The position numbers and the translations under genes were made by a program. Positions 1-13,837 of a stretch of DNA of 64,000 nt are shown here, one piece after another (the stretch's first letter is position 1; each line of letters begins with the position of its first letter). The stretch is from Calcarisporiella thermophila CBS 279.70. Lineage: Eukaryota; Fungi; Calcarisporiellomycota. The stretch spans positions 598,150-662,149 of the forward strand of contig NW_027192195.1 of assembly GCF_041956535.1 (NCBI RefSeq), in the 5' to 3' direction. The notes under the pieces were generated by a model that worked only from the letters and a program-made list of their open reading frames with translations, was not told the DNA's origin and made no database searches.

Positions 1-20
1 GAACGCAAACAAGACATTTG

Positions 21-1194
21 ATGGACACGAATCCTCCAACAAGATACGCCAGTTCCTTTTCCTATGTTAGCGCCGCTAGCCACTTGGACCGCCATTATTC
101 TTCAACTATCACCAGATGCCCACCCGATGTTGAGCCTCCTACAAAATCATGTCCATTTCAATCCTTGCCACCAATTTCCGCAAACGCTAGCTCAGATTCC
201 ATTGATACCATGCTTCCACCTTCACCAGCTCATTCTCCTCAATTCGGTGGCACCCAACTCTATACACCTTCGTTTACTGCCCGAGCTCATCGTCCCCATT
301 TGATGCAATACGACACTTTGCCCTTTGAGTACCCACCCGCTATCCCTGTGCTTCTTCGACACCCCGAGCCCTCCTCCAACAAAAATATAGGCTCTCCAAT
401 TATTCCACATGAAGTTACAAGAATTGACAATAAGCCTGGCTCTGGATCCAACCACGTATCTGGAAAGGCTCACTCTATGAGTTCAGTTCAGTCAAAACAA
501 GTGGGGCAAGTGCGGCGAAGGAGGAGACCACCGTACTCATATTGCAGCCTTATTGCCCAAGCAATACTCCAGTCTCCTAACCAGCAATTGACACTACGTG
601 AAGTGTATGAATTCGTGAGCAATAAGTATCCAGCGCTTTACGATGCCAAGGATTCTGGATGGCAGGTAGGTTCTTCTCGTCTGTTCGATGCACTCCCATC
701 TGTTTGCTCACCCATCTTTTGCTTCTATTTGGTTAAAGAACACCATCCGTCACAACCTCTCTCTCAACAAGTGCTTCAAGAAAGTCCCACGAAGTTTTGA
801 AGCTTCCTCAGGGAGAGATCGACAAGGGAAGGGCTGCTACTGGACTATTGACCCCCAATACTTCCACTTGCTCACCAAAAATATAGCTTCTGTCTCGCAT
901 AACCCGGAGCTCTCTGCAGTCATCTCTCAGAAATTCATGAGCTTAAGCCACCCCAAACCCACCTCGCCTTATTCCTGTGATCAGATCCGTATGCCTACCC
1001 CTATCTCCACGACTTCTTCTGCTTCGCTAACTGACCCTCATCGGCTACCTGCATTAAGCCTCCCGCCTGTGTCAAGTCTTACCAAAGGAAGCCAAGATAA
1101 CAATGCCCTCCAATGGGTATACCCAAACAATGTATCTAGAAGTAATGAGGACCAACGACAGTTAAATGCAATTCATTCTCAAATGAGATTGTAA
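21..1194 (+). CDS. Forkhead-box transcription factor (2 exons; intron 666-738)
   Basis: [15 protein letters not shown]...LTLREVY...SGWQ|[18 protein letters not shown]...GKGCYW forkhead motif, joined by a GT-AG intron. The gene may start upstream of the window. Confidence 0.93.
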
Positions 1195-1824
1195 TATATG
1201 GGCTGAGCTCGCATGCGTATAAACATTCTATTGTCTAGACCATTCCTGTATATATCTTTTTGATTTACCTTTCATTCCTTTGATTTTTTGTTCGATATTT
1301 ATTTTTTCTTGCACGCTTAACGATAATAATATTAGCTGCTATTCATTACGATAGATACTTTTATTTTGACAGCTATTGTAATGGTTTTCTCTCGTTCTCA
1401 AACATTTTTCCTATAGCTTACCTTTTTTTTTGCTCTTCAATACACAAAATGCTGAACTTTTAATGGTCCCTTGCTGTCTTGACCCCAGCGAATAGCGATT
1501 CGAGTGTGTTGTAGAAATGGAAAATGCGGGAGCGTGCTACAGGCCGCAATTGATCCAAAAAAAAAGAGGTTATCTTAGATTACGAATATTCTGATGAACC
1601 CAGCGAACCATTCATTTTCTGTACCTCTTAATTTAACTATATTTTTTCTAGACTGCTGAACAATTTTAGCCATTACGAATTTATTATGTTTTTTGCGTAC
1701 ATAATAGACGAGCTTTGCCCTCCCGCTTTCTGCTAAAAGATTAGATGGAGGGAGAAGGGATAGCATGAGAAAATAATAAAATGAAAATCATTTTTCTTGA
1801 ACCATGAAAAGGCCTAGTGTTCAA

Positions 1825-4800
1825 TTAAAAGATGTCATCATCTTGAATATCCCATTTCCCTGGCCCTTGCCCGGTTGATTTTTCCCTACCACGCCGTTCC
1901 CGTTCTCGCCAGTACTCCCCCGTAAACTCCCAAAATTCTTCGCCGGTATCCTGGTCTATATTCTTTTGGAACCACTGAGGTGTATGCGGCGGAATGCTTG
2001 GATCTCTTTCTCTTGCCCGGCGCTTGGCTCGTTGCTTCTCTTCAAGTCTCCGCTTCTCCTCGTCGGCCTTATTGTAGTCACCGCACTCCATGGCACGCTG
2101 GTCGGGTCGGAACCGCGAGTCTGTCGGGGCGAGATATAGCCGGAGCGGATCAGCAAGGTCGTTGAGGGTTACGGCGAAAGGAGTGAGCATGAAGGGCAGC
2201 GGGGGATCGGGGGTGGGGGACTTCCTCCAGAGAAGAACAGGCCGGGTGGTGATGCTTGCCGAGCTTGTGCTCCTAGGCTTGTGCGTCATTTCCTCCGCCT
2301 GCGTGTTGCTATCCAGTTCTTCCGAGTTTTCAGGATGAATGCGCCGCGCAACTAGCTTATCGTTCCACCGCCCCGCCAACTCCCATATCGCATTACCCCG
2401 AGCATCAAAAGTCTTCCCACGCACCTCGAATGCATCCTTTCCACGCCAACCACGAGCTTTGAACGTCAACTGGCACTCCTCACCTGTCCGGTGGTTTTTG
2501 ATGATCATGTCTCCATAATGGTCGATCCACGGCTGTCCGATGATTAGATTATTTACACAGGTGGTCGGCTTTCGCCATGTGTAATGTTCGAGGGTGTAGC
2601 CATCGCCCTCGGCGCCTTCAATGAACCGGTTCGGCACTTTGAGCTGGCAGTGCACGATGCCTTTTGGGATAATCTCAAACGATTTGCCCCAGAACTTGGA
2701 CTTGACGTCCGTGTCTGCAAAGAAGTTGTAGTTGGGTGAATCGCAGTAACATGCGCTGATCGGGGGGTGGTGCGAAACTTGCTCGGCTATATAGCGAAGA
2801 CCTTTGTCCTTGCGTACATATTCGAAGGTCTCACCCTAATGTTAATTTAAATACGAAAAGGAAAGCAAGTCAATGAATGCCATTTGATTGAAGTAAATTC
2901 TACCAGATTTGGGGGGGGGGGGGAAGGGAGGAATCACTTACCAAGAGAGGGTTGAAAGGTTTAACTACACGGCCATTTGTACTTGAATAGTTGCTCATCG
3001 CAAATGCGGCTACATACATAGTGCGCTCGACAGCACCGTGTTGACGTGCTGCTGTGTCCAATAGCTCCGAATATTCAATATCCTCACACAAGCGCTGTAG
3101 GAAACTTGTGGGCTCATTAAATACAACGGGTATACTAATTTTGGTCAAATCCTTCCCAATATTGCTCTTTAGGATGGACCATAGCGAAATCTCAGGCTTG
3201 GGTGCGTTGGGGTCGAGTGGAAGTTGAGTTCGATACTGCGCGGGATAGCCGTGGGCAGAAACAGCAATGCTATCCTCTTCTCCAGTCGCCTCTTTTTCCC
3301 CGGCTTCTCCGGGAGCTTCTCCTTTGCCTTTGCCCCCTTCGGCCGTTTCCGACCATGGCTCTCGATGCTCCTCGTCCCCAATCTCGGCCGGCGTAAACAC
3401 CTGCTCTTCATTATCCACGGCATCATAGAATTCATCGTCGTCCTCATGTTCCTCGTCTTCCACAGGAATGGGAGGCAAGTTTGCCACAAGATCCGAGGTC
3501 GACTCAGCATGGATGGCCTTCAATGCCGCACGGTACTTGCGACGCTCTTGAAGAGACTGCTGGATGGCCTTTTCCATATCTTGTTGTTGCATCATAAGAT
3601 CTCGTAAACTCTCCTCCCACATTCCCTTGCGCTCTGCCTCCTGCTCGTAACGCTTGCGCCAGTATGTCTCTCGTGCATCACTATGTTCCACAATTTCGTC
3701 CAAAAGTTTGCGCAGCGTCTCAAGTGATTGATAGGTTGCAGCGCCAAGAGCGGTCAACCGGGAGTTGTTCCCCTGCTGCTTGGATTCTTGAAGCAGAGTA
3801 TTTATGAGCTGCTCCTGCACTTCGAGCTGGGTGCGAGCAGAGTGGACCGACATTGGATAGGCCTCATGGTAGGGGGGTGATTCTTCTCTGATCTCCTCAG
3901 AGGGCGAAGGGCTTCTATCTCTTACCGATGATGACTTGGATTCATTTTCTGCTGGAGCGATGGACGCATTCAGGCGCGATTTTCTTTTCTCGCCTCCGTG
4001 AATGCTCGAGCTGTCCGTCCAATTTGAGTCTCCCTCGTCCAAAGAGATGCTCACTCTTCCAACACGAGGCGTGTCATCCCGTGCGGCACGGTCGATCAAG
4101 TACTGTTTCGACTGTAAAAGTGCGAAAACCCATCGTTTCGCCTCGGTCGGGTGGTCCGCCCGCAAATGGTACTGGACGGAGCCCTTGCCAAGGATTTCAA
4201 ATCGATTTTTGTCGGATGTGTCTACCTTGACCTTGGCGGAGTACATATTGAGGGAGCCCCGGCAAGCATTAGCCGAGTCCTCTTTATTTTTATAATAAGA
4301 TAATATTCCTAATAAAGCCAAGTATTGGGTAGGATGTGAAGAAAAGGTCACCTTTTCCAGAATACAATAGATTTGACTTACCATTCTCTAAAACGAACCA
4401 ACGTGGCTTATATCCTCCCGCAAAATTAGTCCATTTGCTTAAATATCCTTGCATTTTCGGCATCTGTCCTGGCGCGGTGGGGATAATGGCAGATTGGGGA
4501 ACTGTAAAATGATGAGTTGTGATATCAAGCTTGATGAAAGACTATAGGCCATTGATCCTTACCGTTTTTCAACATTTTCTTGAGTTTTTCGTCCTTAGTC
4601 AGGTCTGAGGGTAGTCGACCATTCTTGTCGCGCGCGAAGACATCAGCTCCGTGAACTACGAGCCATTGGATAAGGTCCAGGTTTTTTTCAGAAACCGCGG
4701 TATGTAGTAAGGTGGCACCCGAAGAGTCAGGCTCGTTTACATTCACAAACATGCTGACACGAGAATCAGAGAAGAGTGCATCCAAGGCCGAAATATTGTT

Positions 4801-5576
4801 GGAAGCAATATATTGGCGCATGAGATTAGTTTTTGCCTCGATGAACTGATTACGATGTTCTGCCGCGAAAAAAAAATAACAGGTTGAGCTCAAATGGAAT
4901 CATACGGTGCTCTTTTCAAGGTATGGATTACCGATCAATAGGTCCCGCACCTCCTCACTTCGCGCTAGATCAATTGGCTGCTTTCCCTCGCCATTAAAAA
5001 CACCATCATTACACACTTTCTGTCTCAGAAGTAATTTTACTACTCCCGCGCGACCAATCTTCGCGGCCAAGTGTAGTGGGGTGTTGCCATTGCGATCTTT
5101 CTGGTTAATATCCACGACCCCTTGAGCTATCACGAACTCAATTGTAGGGATATCGGAACATTGTACCGCCCAGTGTAGGGGGGATGGTGTGACATGTGCG
5201 GGTGGCTGGTTGGCACTATTGGGCGTGGGTGGGGTCACAGAGTATTGCTTGAGCAGAATCTGGAGTGATTGCGTGTCACCTGTTGATTCGAGCCATTAAA
5301 TAGATTGTAGTGGGGCATGTTAGAGAAATTGCTTACCTGTTCTTAAAGCCTCCAACAATTTCGCCGTTTTAAGGGAATTCTCAACAGCTATAGAGGGGAA
5401 CGAATTAATACAGGAAATGGGACAAGAACACACTTTTTCCTACTATTTTGACTCCACTGGCCTTCCCCATGGATAATATCAGTATCGATGGGCGTGGGGG
5501 TTTTGGATGATTTGCCAATTTCAATATTAAGTTGTGCTTCTCGTAAACTGGGAACGATGGGGTCGGATTTCGACAT
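1825..5576 (-). CDS. Oxysterol-binding protein, ankyrin-PH-FFAT-ORD architecture (Osh1/Osh2-like)
   Basis: Ankyrin repeats ([19 protein letters not shown]), PH domain ([20 protein letters not shown]), FFAT-like EFYDA, ORD motifs [31 protein letters not shown]. Confidence 0.93.
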
Positions 5577-5860
5577 AATTATGTATATTGACTGAATCAA
5601 GAACCAGATCTATCTATTTCATAAAAAATAAAAGAACACCTTTTTCTAAACGTGATCGAGAAAATGCGCCCGTTTAAAGTATTAAATACGAGGGCTTAGC
5701 ATCCTTTATTTTTTGCCGCCAAATTTATTTCTTAGATTCTTGGTTCTGTGGAAATGGAAATTACTCCTTGGTCTATTTTTAACCCGTATATTTTGTAAAT
5801 AGAACGAGACAAAAAATAATTGATATACAAGATTGCACAAAACAAAATGTATTGAAGAGA

Positions 5861-8627
5861 TCATATTCCCAATAGAGTGTTCACAAACTTGTCAACCTTA
5901 TCTACATCCTGCCTGGCCATTTCAATGACCATCAGCAGTTTTTTGATGCCAATATTGAGCCGGTCCAAGTTGTGTTGCCTCAACAAAACCATTGCGCGTT
6001 GGCGCTCGTCGTCCGTGAACGCGCCTAGCTCGCGAAGCACAATTTCAACTGCTTTAAGTGAGGTGATGTTAGGAACATGGACGCTGGCAGAAAACGCCTC
6101 CTGCATCCCCATTTGTTCCAAAATGCTCCGCTCGGCGGTTGTGGCAAGGATGAGTAGTCGACGTTCCTTGGGAGGACGCTTGTTGAGAAGCACTATGAGT
6201 GCTTGGAGGACGGCGTTTGAGAAACGAGGCCCAATGGGTGTCCATTCTAGAGCACATCAAATGTAAATTAGTACCATCTCTGTCAGAATCCAAGCAAATA
6301 AAAAAGCGAAATACCCAAAATGCGCTCAAGATTATCGATAACAATCACACTCTGTGGAGATTTGTACGAGTCACTGAAGACCTGAGACGGAGCAAAAAAA
6401 AAAGTTTAGATTCAAGCTTGCACCTGAGCTAATCGTCGATGAATTTCACCTTGTTGATGGCGCTAATCTTAGCTGATTCCGAATACCCAACCATGCTCTC
6501 CGGTGAAATAAGCTTCACGAATGGGAACTCGCTCGCCATCGCGATCGAGGCAGCAAGGGCCGTCTTTCCACTGGAAGGAGGGCCGTGCAACAAAACGCTC
6601 ACGAGCGGGGTGCGCTGACTATTCTTTACCTGCTCTACAAACAGCTGTCCGTCGTTCAAAATGCTCTCCACCTCGGGCTGGAAGGGGATGATGTGGTTCT
6701 GGACGCATTGCTGCAGCTCGGTATCAGAAACACCAAAGGCGGGTTTGACCTCCTCGAGTGCCAGGAGGAAATCGGCGCGTTGAACCTTCATGTTCTCCAC
6801 GTCTGGGGCAACTCCCGCCAGAGTCCCAACCTTCACGTGCCGATTGAAGGCAAAGGACGACGCGCTCTTGACTATACCAGCTATTTCAGCACCACTGTAA
6901 TTCTTCGTGAGGCTTGCTAGCTCTTCCAAGTTAACGTCGGGCGCCATGATATTGTTCTCGCGCATTTTGGCCGTGTGAATCTTGAGAATTTGCTGACGGC
7001 CCTTCTCATCGGGTAGGCCGACTTCAATATGAACCTCTAAACGGCCCGGGCGCAGCAGTGCTTCATCGATCATATCAAGACGATTCGTCATACCAATGAT
7101 CAGGATGTTGTTGAGTTGCTCGACACCATCCAACTAATTACAGAGCCAAAGTATAGACAAGTCAGCTACCCGAACAATAATAAATGCAGAAGACTGGGCT
7201 TCACATTACTTTGGCAAGCAACTGGTTCACCACCGAATCACCCACTCCGGTCGAGTCTGCGCGGCCACCACGCTGGCGGCAAATGGCATCCAGCTCGTCG
7301 AAGATAATGATATGCAACGAGCTGTCATCTCCTTTCTGCTTGTACTCTTTCTCTGCTTCCGCGAATAGTTTCCGCACATTTTCTTCGGACTGCCCAACAT
7401 ATTTATTCAAAATTTCCGGCCCATTAACAACGATCGGCTCTCGCGCATTTAACATTTTACCGATCTGACGTGCCATGAGGGTTTTTCCCGTACCGGGTGG
7501 ACCGTAGAGGAGAATACCACGCACGTGTTGAATTCCCAGCTTCTCTACGAGTGTGCTTGGGAATATACGGGAGGCGAAAGCACGTCTGAAAACGGCACTG
7601 AATTCTTCATCGAGACCACCAATGCCCATGCTCTCAAACTTAAAATCAGGGCGAACTAGAACATTGGCCTGCGTCCTAGTGATTTCGGAAAAATCAATAA
7701 AAAGCCAGGTACACATTATGCATATAAATAAAACCTACACTCGAGAGGAGCCGGTCAGACGGATGGATGAATCGGGAGCCTTGACAAAAGTTATAGCGGT
7801 TTGCTGCGTTAAGATGCCACGCAATGCGCGCCGGTTATTTTCGGGAGCTCGCTCTCCAGTCAGCCCATTTCTAAGAGCGTCGATATGAATTGTGGTGAGA
7901 TTTTTCACAGTAATGGCCAAGTTGTTGCCTTTAAATTCAAAAGCTAGAGACTAATAGAGCTCAAATGTTAGCATTTGACACATGACTCCACACCCATCAA
8001 AATATATTACTTGTCCAATGGTAAATATTTGATTGTTGAACGTCTAACAGTAAAAATAAAAAAGATGAGCAAAATGAATAGACATAGAAAATTAATCACT
8101 TGTTTCGTACCGAACAGAATGCTCGTGCCATTTCTTCTGTGTCAAAGGGGTCCGTAATCGCCGTATTTCTTGCCAGAAAACCCACCTCCAATTCCATTTT
8201 ACCATTATAAATATCTGCACCCTCTGAGAAAGGATCGTATGGCTGTACAAACACCCCTTGATTAAGCGAGAGCCCTGCCCATTTTCTATGCGGATTAGAG
8301 AATGCTAGCGTTCCTGGTTGAATCTGATCATCCGGACTTTTAAAAAAGGATGACATGTTAAAAAAGACTTGACTAGCATAGCGGAACGAATCTGTCTGGC
8401 AATTACCGTATGGTAAAAACAAACTGGTCATCCACCATTATATAATGGACGTCACGATCAAAGGCGCCTGGTGCCACATATACATAGTTGGAGAGGGCCA
8501 TGAAGTTATTGAGAGATTTTCCCACTCGCATCTGAGTTCCGCTGGGTGCATAAGAGGGCTTGTATGCGGGAGGGCGGTTAGCAGATGAGGAGTAAGGAGA
8601 GTTGGCCCGCGGGTATCTATTATCCAT
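5861..8627 (-). CDS. SEC18: Vesicle-fusing ATPase NSF/Sec18
   Basis: [20 protein letters not shown], Walker [37 protein letters not shown], second [11 protein letters not shown]. Multi-exon. Confidence 0.96.
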
Positions 8628-8852
8628 TTCTAAATTGGTTTAAATGATTTTGATTGATGTATGTAGATGGATTCAACGATCAGATGAAATGCAAAAGAGT
8701 GCAGATCTCCAGAAATCGTAGAGCAGGCTCTTGGCTATGTGATCGTAAATTGAGCATACTCTTAAAGGAAAAGTGACTGCTTGTGGCTCATAACTCTTCA
8801 TGTCGAGAGTAACTGTTTTTAGTGGAACCTAGAATAGACTTTAACAACGATA

Positions 8853-11025
8853 ATGCTAAAGATTAGACTGCGATTACGGCCTCTTCCCCTTACTCGGATG
8901 CATCTCGCCCGAACCCTTTTTTCCACCTCCTCTACCTCTAACCATCTAGGTATCCAAGATAAGCCTGTTTATATCACAACGCCTATTTTTTATGTTAATG
9001 CAGGTAAATGAATTTTCAGAGAGGTAATGTCTAAATGCTACTTATCCCTACTGTCCTGAAATGTCTAGTGCCGCATATTGGGCATTTATACTCTGCTGTT
9101 CTGGCAGATACGCTGAAGCGTTATCATGAGTTACACGGACGTAAAGTTATTTTGAGCACAGGAACCGACGAACATGGGATGAAGGTTTGGATTTCCCATT
9201 TGGCATCTCAACTTGAATTCACTGACTCATCTTGTACATATTAGATCCAGCAAGCAGCAGAAAAGAATAAGGAGACGCCTCGTGAGCTGTGTGACCGAGT
9301 TTCCCAGCGATTTCGAGTAAGTGTGATACGTTCGGCTTACAATATTGCTCGTTGGACTGATTTCCCTCTTTTTAGCAACTCTTCGACGCCGGCAATATCA
9401 GCTATACCACTTATATCCGCACAACTGACCAGCAACATGCTCCTGCGGTTGCAGAACTATGGGTATTACAAATATCATGTGATGTCTAGAGGGTTAACAG
9501 CTATACTAAACTTATCATTCAAAGAATCGGCTCTCCGCCAACGGTAGCATCTATAAAGGCACCCACGAAGGCTGGTACTCTGTCTCAGATGAAGCATTCT
9601 ACACGCAAAATCAGGTCCATGAAAAAATCGATGAGAAAACGGGGGAGAAGTATATGGTAACATAGTGATTTTTGCCCAAGCTGAATGCCGGCAACCATTT
9701 CTAAAAATTCACCAATATAGGCCTCAATTGAAACGGGACAGCGCGTAGAGTGGACAAGCGAGGTCAATTACAAGTTTCGGCTCTCGGCTTATCGCGATAA
9801 ACTAGTTGGATGGTTACGGGAAAATCCCGATGGTAACTAATTGTCCTGATGGAAACTGCAGAAAAGGACTCTAAATCAACTGCGATGTAGCCATAGTACC
9901 TCCGCAGCGTCACCGCGAGATCCTCTCATGGCTTGAGGCAGGCACAGGCGACCTGTCTGTTTCGCGGCCACGTGCACGCCTCGATTGGGGGCTCCCTGTT
10001 CCTGGAGACTCTGAGCACACTGTGTACGTGTGGCTAGACGCACTCACTAATTACCTCACGGTCACCGGGTTTCCTTCTATCCAGCCCCCGCCATCTCTGC
10101 CCCCTCAAGTCCACTCCACGAATTCTGCGTGGCCCGCCGATGTCCACATTGTTGGAAAAGACATCCTCAGATTCCATTCGGTATATTGGCCGGCATTTTT
10201 GATGGCAGCTGGACTCCCGCTTCCACGAAAAATCTTGGCGCATGCGCACTGGACAATGGGAAGGCAAAAAATGTCCAAGAGCCGGGGCAATGTCGCGGAT
10301 CCTTTCGAGGTGTTGGAGAAGTTTGGGGTGGATGCAGTCCGCTACTATTTGATTCGAGACGGAGGTATCGCCGATGATGGGGGTAAATTTGCGATATGCT
10401 CTCTCCTAGACAATCATGATCTAGTGGCTCAATGCCTATCTTTATAGATTATTCGGAGCAAACTCTCGGCACCGTGTACAAGAAGGAACTGGCAGGCCAG
10501 CTCGGCAACCTGTTGAACAGAGCTACTTCCTCCACGTTGAACCCTACCGGCACTGTACCCGCGCTGAAGAGCGAGGTAGATGAGCGCGACCGTGCACTAC
10601 ATGCAAAACTGGAGGGATTGCCAGGTAGAACGCGTTTTGATATCGCCTATATTCCCTAAGGACTACTAATGAGGTGCTTTTTTTATATTTTAGCATCTAT
10701 TGACAACCATTTCCAATCCTTTGACTTCTCAAAGGCAGTCCGACAAATTTTTGATACGATCGGCGAGGCTAATAAATACTTCAACGACAATGCCCCCTGG
10801 TCACTCACTGAGGATACGCAGCGACGCGACCAGGTTGTAGGATATGCGTTGGAGTCGGTGAGAATAGCCGCCTTGTTGTTGCAACCCGTGATGCCAGGGA
10901 AGATGGCGGAAGTGCTGGATTGCCTTGGGACTAAAGAGGAGGATAGGGTTTGGGATAGAGCCAAGCTCGGGGCCGGAGGCGTCAGAAAAGTGTGTGTAAA
11001 AAAAGTGGTATTTCCAAAGCTATAG
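8853..11025 (+). CDS. MSM1: Methionyl-tRNA synthetase, mitochondrial type
   Basis: Arg/Leu/Ser-rich presequence, [11 protein letters not shown]|[31 protein letters not shown]. Confidence 0.93.
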
Positions 11026-11362
11026 ACTAGACCTACTCGATTCCCCAATCAAGAATAGAAACCACTAGTATTTTTATTTTATACCAGAGACGTGCACAAA
11101 AGGATAAAAACGAAACCAAAATGAAAATCGTTGTCTTAGCATGTATATAAAAAATATATATCAACACATCAAAACTCTTTTTCGCAATTTTTTTCTTTTT
11201 TTTTTACTAACAATTAGGGAAATTTAAGCATAGCAAGAAATAAAAAAAAAAAATAACGAAAAAGATATGACACATCCAGTTGTAGGGGGGCGGTAGGGAA
11301 ATATAGCACAAATAATGAATTGTTTCTTTTTATAAAGCCAATTGAATTATTGCATACTAATT

Positions 11363-13237
11363 TTATGTGAAGCGAACCCGCTCGTTCCATGCATTATATT
11401 CGGCGCGCCTCTGTCCCGCAAGCACACTCTCCAGGCCCCCGACGTTGGAATTATTCAGCATGACATTGGGCTGTGCCACCATTCCTAGTGACTGGGCGAC
11501 ATAACATGCGTTCATAAGACGACGTATTTGCTGTTGTTGTAAGAGGCGCTGTTGATTCCAATATCTACTTTCTTCGCTTGCCACTGCAGCATACCCCATC
11601 AAGCGGCTCGTTTCGTCCGCCATGCGAGCATATTCTAGATCGGGTGTGGGCAATCCCCCGATCCCTATCGGACCCTCCATGCCGCCCCCTAGCATACCCG
11701 GAGATAGCGAAAGCTTTCTCCCGCCTTTTCCGTTTGCCGAAATTTTTTCTCGTTTCTCGCGCTGCAGTTTGCTATGGATTCGCTTTCCATAAGGCGTGTT
11801 TCGGATAGCAGGAAGCAGCGGGCGTACACACTCTATCAACTCCTCCCGCTGGCAAGGGTCGGCGCGCTCCAAGGCGGTCTGAACGACATAATTCCCGTAT
11901 GGATCACGGAGAAGTCGCTCCAGTTTCGGGGGCGAGATGAGTTCGGCAATAAGGAGACGACGTGTTTCGGGCTCGGAAACGCGAATGCACTTGAAGTATT
12001 TCAAAACCAAAGTTGAGCACAAGTACCATGGAGATGGAGTGTTGCAATGTAGGCTTACCTTTTCGACCGCATTCGAGCTGAATTTCTGGATAGAAAGAAT
12101 ACACACGTTGCCAACAAATTTTTTAATTAAAGGTTCACTGTACACGCTTTCACCAAGATCAAGGATGTACTGGACCACATAATTGCCATACGCGTCTTGG
12201 ATGAGTGTCAGCGCATGCCCAATGACACACTCGACAAGTTGTATCTTTAATAAACACATGAAAAGTATTAGCACTTTCCGCCCCAAACCCATTTCCTCAT
12301 CCATCCAAAGTAAATTTCAGGCCCACCTTTTGTTTGGGAGATGCGTGGTCGAAACACCGCTGCAGAACGCAGCATCCGTGTCGGTGCGTTGCGACCTCGA
12401 CGCAGTTTTCCGAAACCGCGTCATAGATGAACTGGTTCTCCTCTGAAGAAAAGCGATTCAGACACTTCTGGATGACGTGATTGCCATTCAGATCCTGATG
12501 GCCGAAAAGGCAAGGCGTTAGTCTCTCTTCTACCTGGGAGGGAGGTTAGATCGATTACCTTGATCAAAGTCACCACATTGCCGCTAAGAGCGTTGACCAC
12601 CGCTCTAACTTGGATGGAGAGAGTTAGCGTCTCAATCATGCGCTGCACCGCTCGTGTCCCATGCACATCAAAGGCAATATTGAGGAGCTCCGCCGCCACT
12701 GCCTGAACGAGTAAGGTGCGTTGCTCATCGTTGGCGTGCTCGAAAAGTCGCTGGCAGAGGTAGTTCCCAAAAGGATCTAAGAGAAAAGAGAATTATGAGA
12801 AAAATCAGCGTACTAGAGTTAAATTTCAGATGCCATCCCAGGAACTCACCAATCATAAGTTGGGGGATATGTCCGCCAATCTCTTCCATCACCGCTTTAA
12901 ATGCCAATTGATCGCCCTCCTCAATTTTGTTCTGCAAGAATCGGCATCCATGCTGATCCCTAGCGAGGGAGAGGATTTGCCCTCGTAGAGATTCAATCTG
13001 GGTTGCCGGTGTTCCAGGGGGAGTGGAAGTCGATGACACCGGAGACACAGAACGTTCCAACCATGCACGCCGTAAGTCAATATGGGGCCAGCCGCCAGAG
13101 GCAATGGTAGCGGGAGTTGCAGGGTTTCCAATCGGGAGGGGGAGGTCTTTTTGCGTGATGGGCCCAAGGGTGAGAGATGAAAAATCTTGGGCGAAAAGAG
13201 AGGTATTGAAGTGAGCGGAATTGGTATCTGGGAACAT
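11363..13237 (-). CDS. Pumilio-family RNA-binding protein, Puf4/Puf5-type
   Basis: Eight PUF repeats with GCRFLQ, GNYLCQ, GTRAVQ, GNHVIQ, GCCVLQ, GNYVVQ, SSNAVE, GNYVVQ, the recognition-residue series typical of the Puf4/5 clade. Start codon uncertain. Confidence 0.9.
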
Positions 13238-13837
13238 TGTTCTGGGAGAATTAAGTGGTTGTACAGATAATAAAGATGTGAAATATAACAAAGGGTGAGA
13301 AAAAAAAAATAGATGTAGATATGGAAAGAAAATACAACAATGGCGATGAAGATGAGAACAGGAAAGAGAAAGAAACAAAGGAAACAGGAGACTAGCAAGG
13401 AAAAAACCCACGGCGGCCACAGCAACCACAGCCGTAGAACATGGAACTACGGGGGGGGAGAGAAAAATAAATATCAAAAAACGGTGTGTGTCTGCAAACA
13501 GATTCCGGTTTCCCCTTTTTCTTCTCGATCGATTCACCAACTCTAAAAAGGGTTAAATGAAGGGCGGCTTAGACATCCTCGAGCATAAAAGAAAGCCCAA
13601 TTGAGTTTCAAATAAAACTATCCTGTAACGTTCATCCCCTAGCTTAGAGTTGTTAGTGATGTTGGCCTAACTCTAAACACACCAGCAGCACCAGCAGCAG
13701 GATCTTTGGGGGGGCGCGAAGCAAGCTGGATGGGCAGGGTGGCTGCAGATTCTTATTTATTTGTTGCGATTAGATAATAAGTTAGTACAAGAGAGATGCA
13801 TATCCACCATCCTAACACATGGCTTTTGTTGAGGTAT

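Noticed and set aside
11140-11149. CATGTATATA Puf3-like element after mitochondrial MetRS
   Set aside because: It lies in AT-rich convergent UTRs, probably beyond the MetRS poly(A) site, and is expected by chance.
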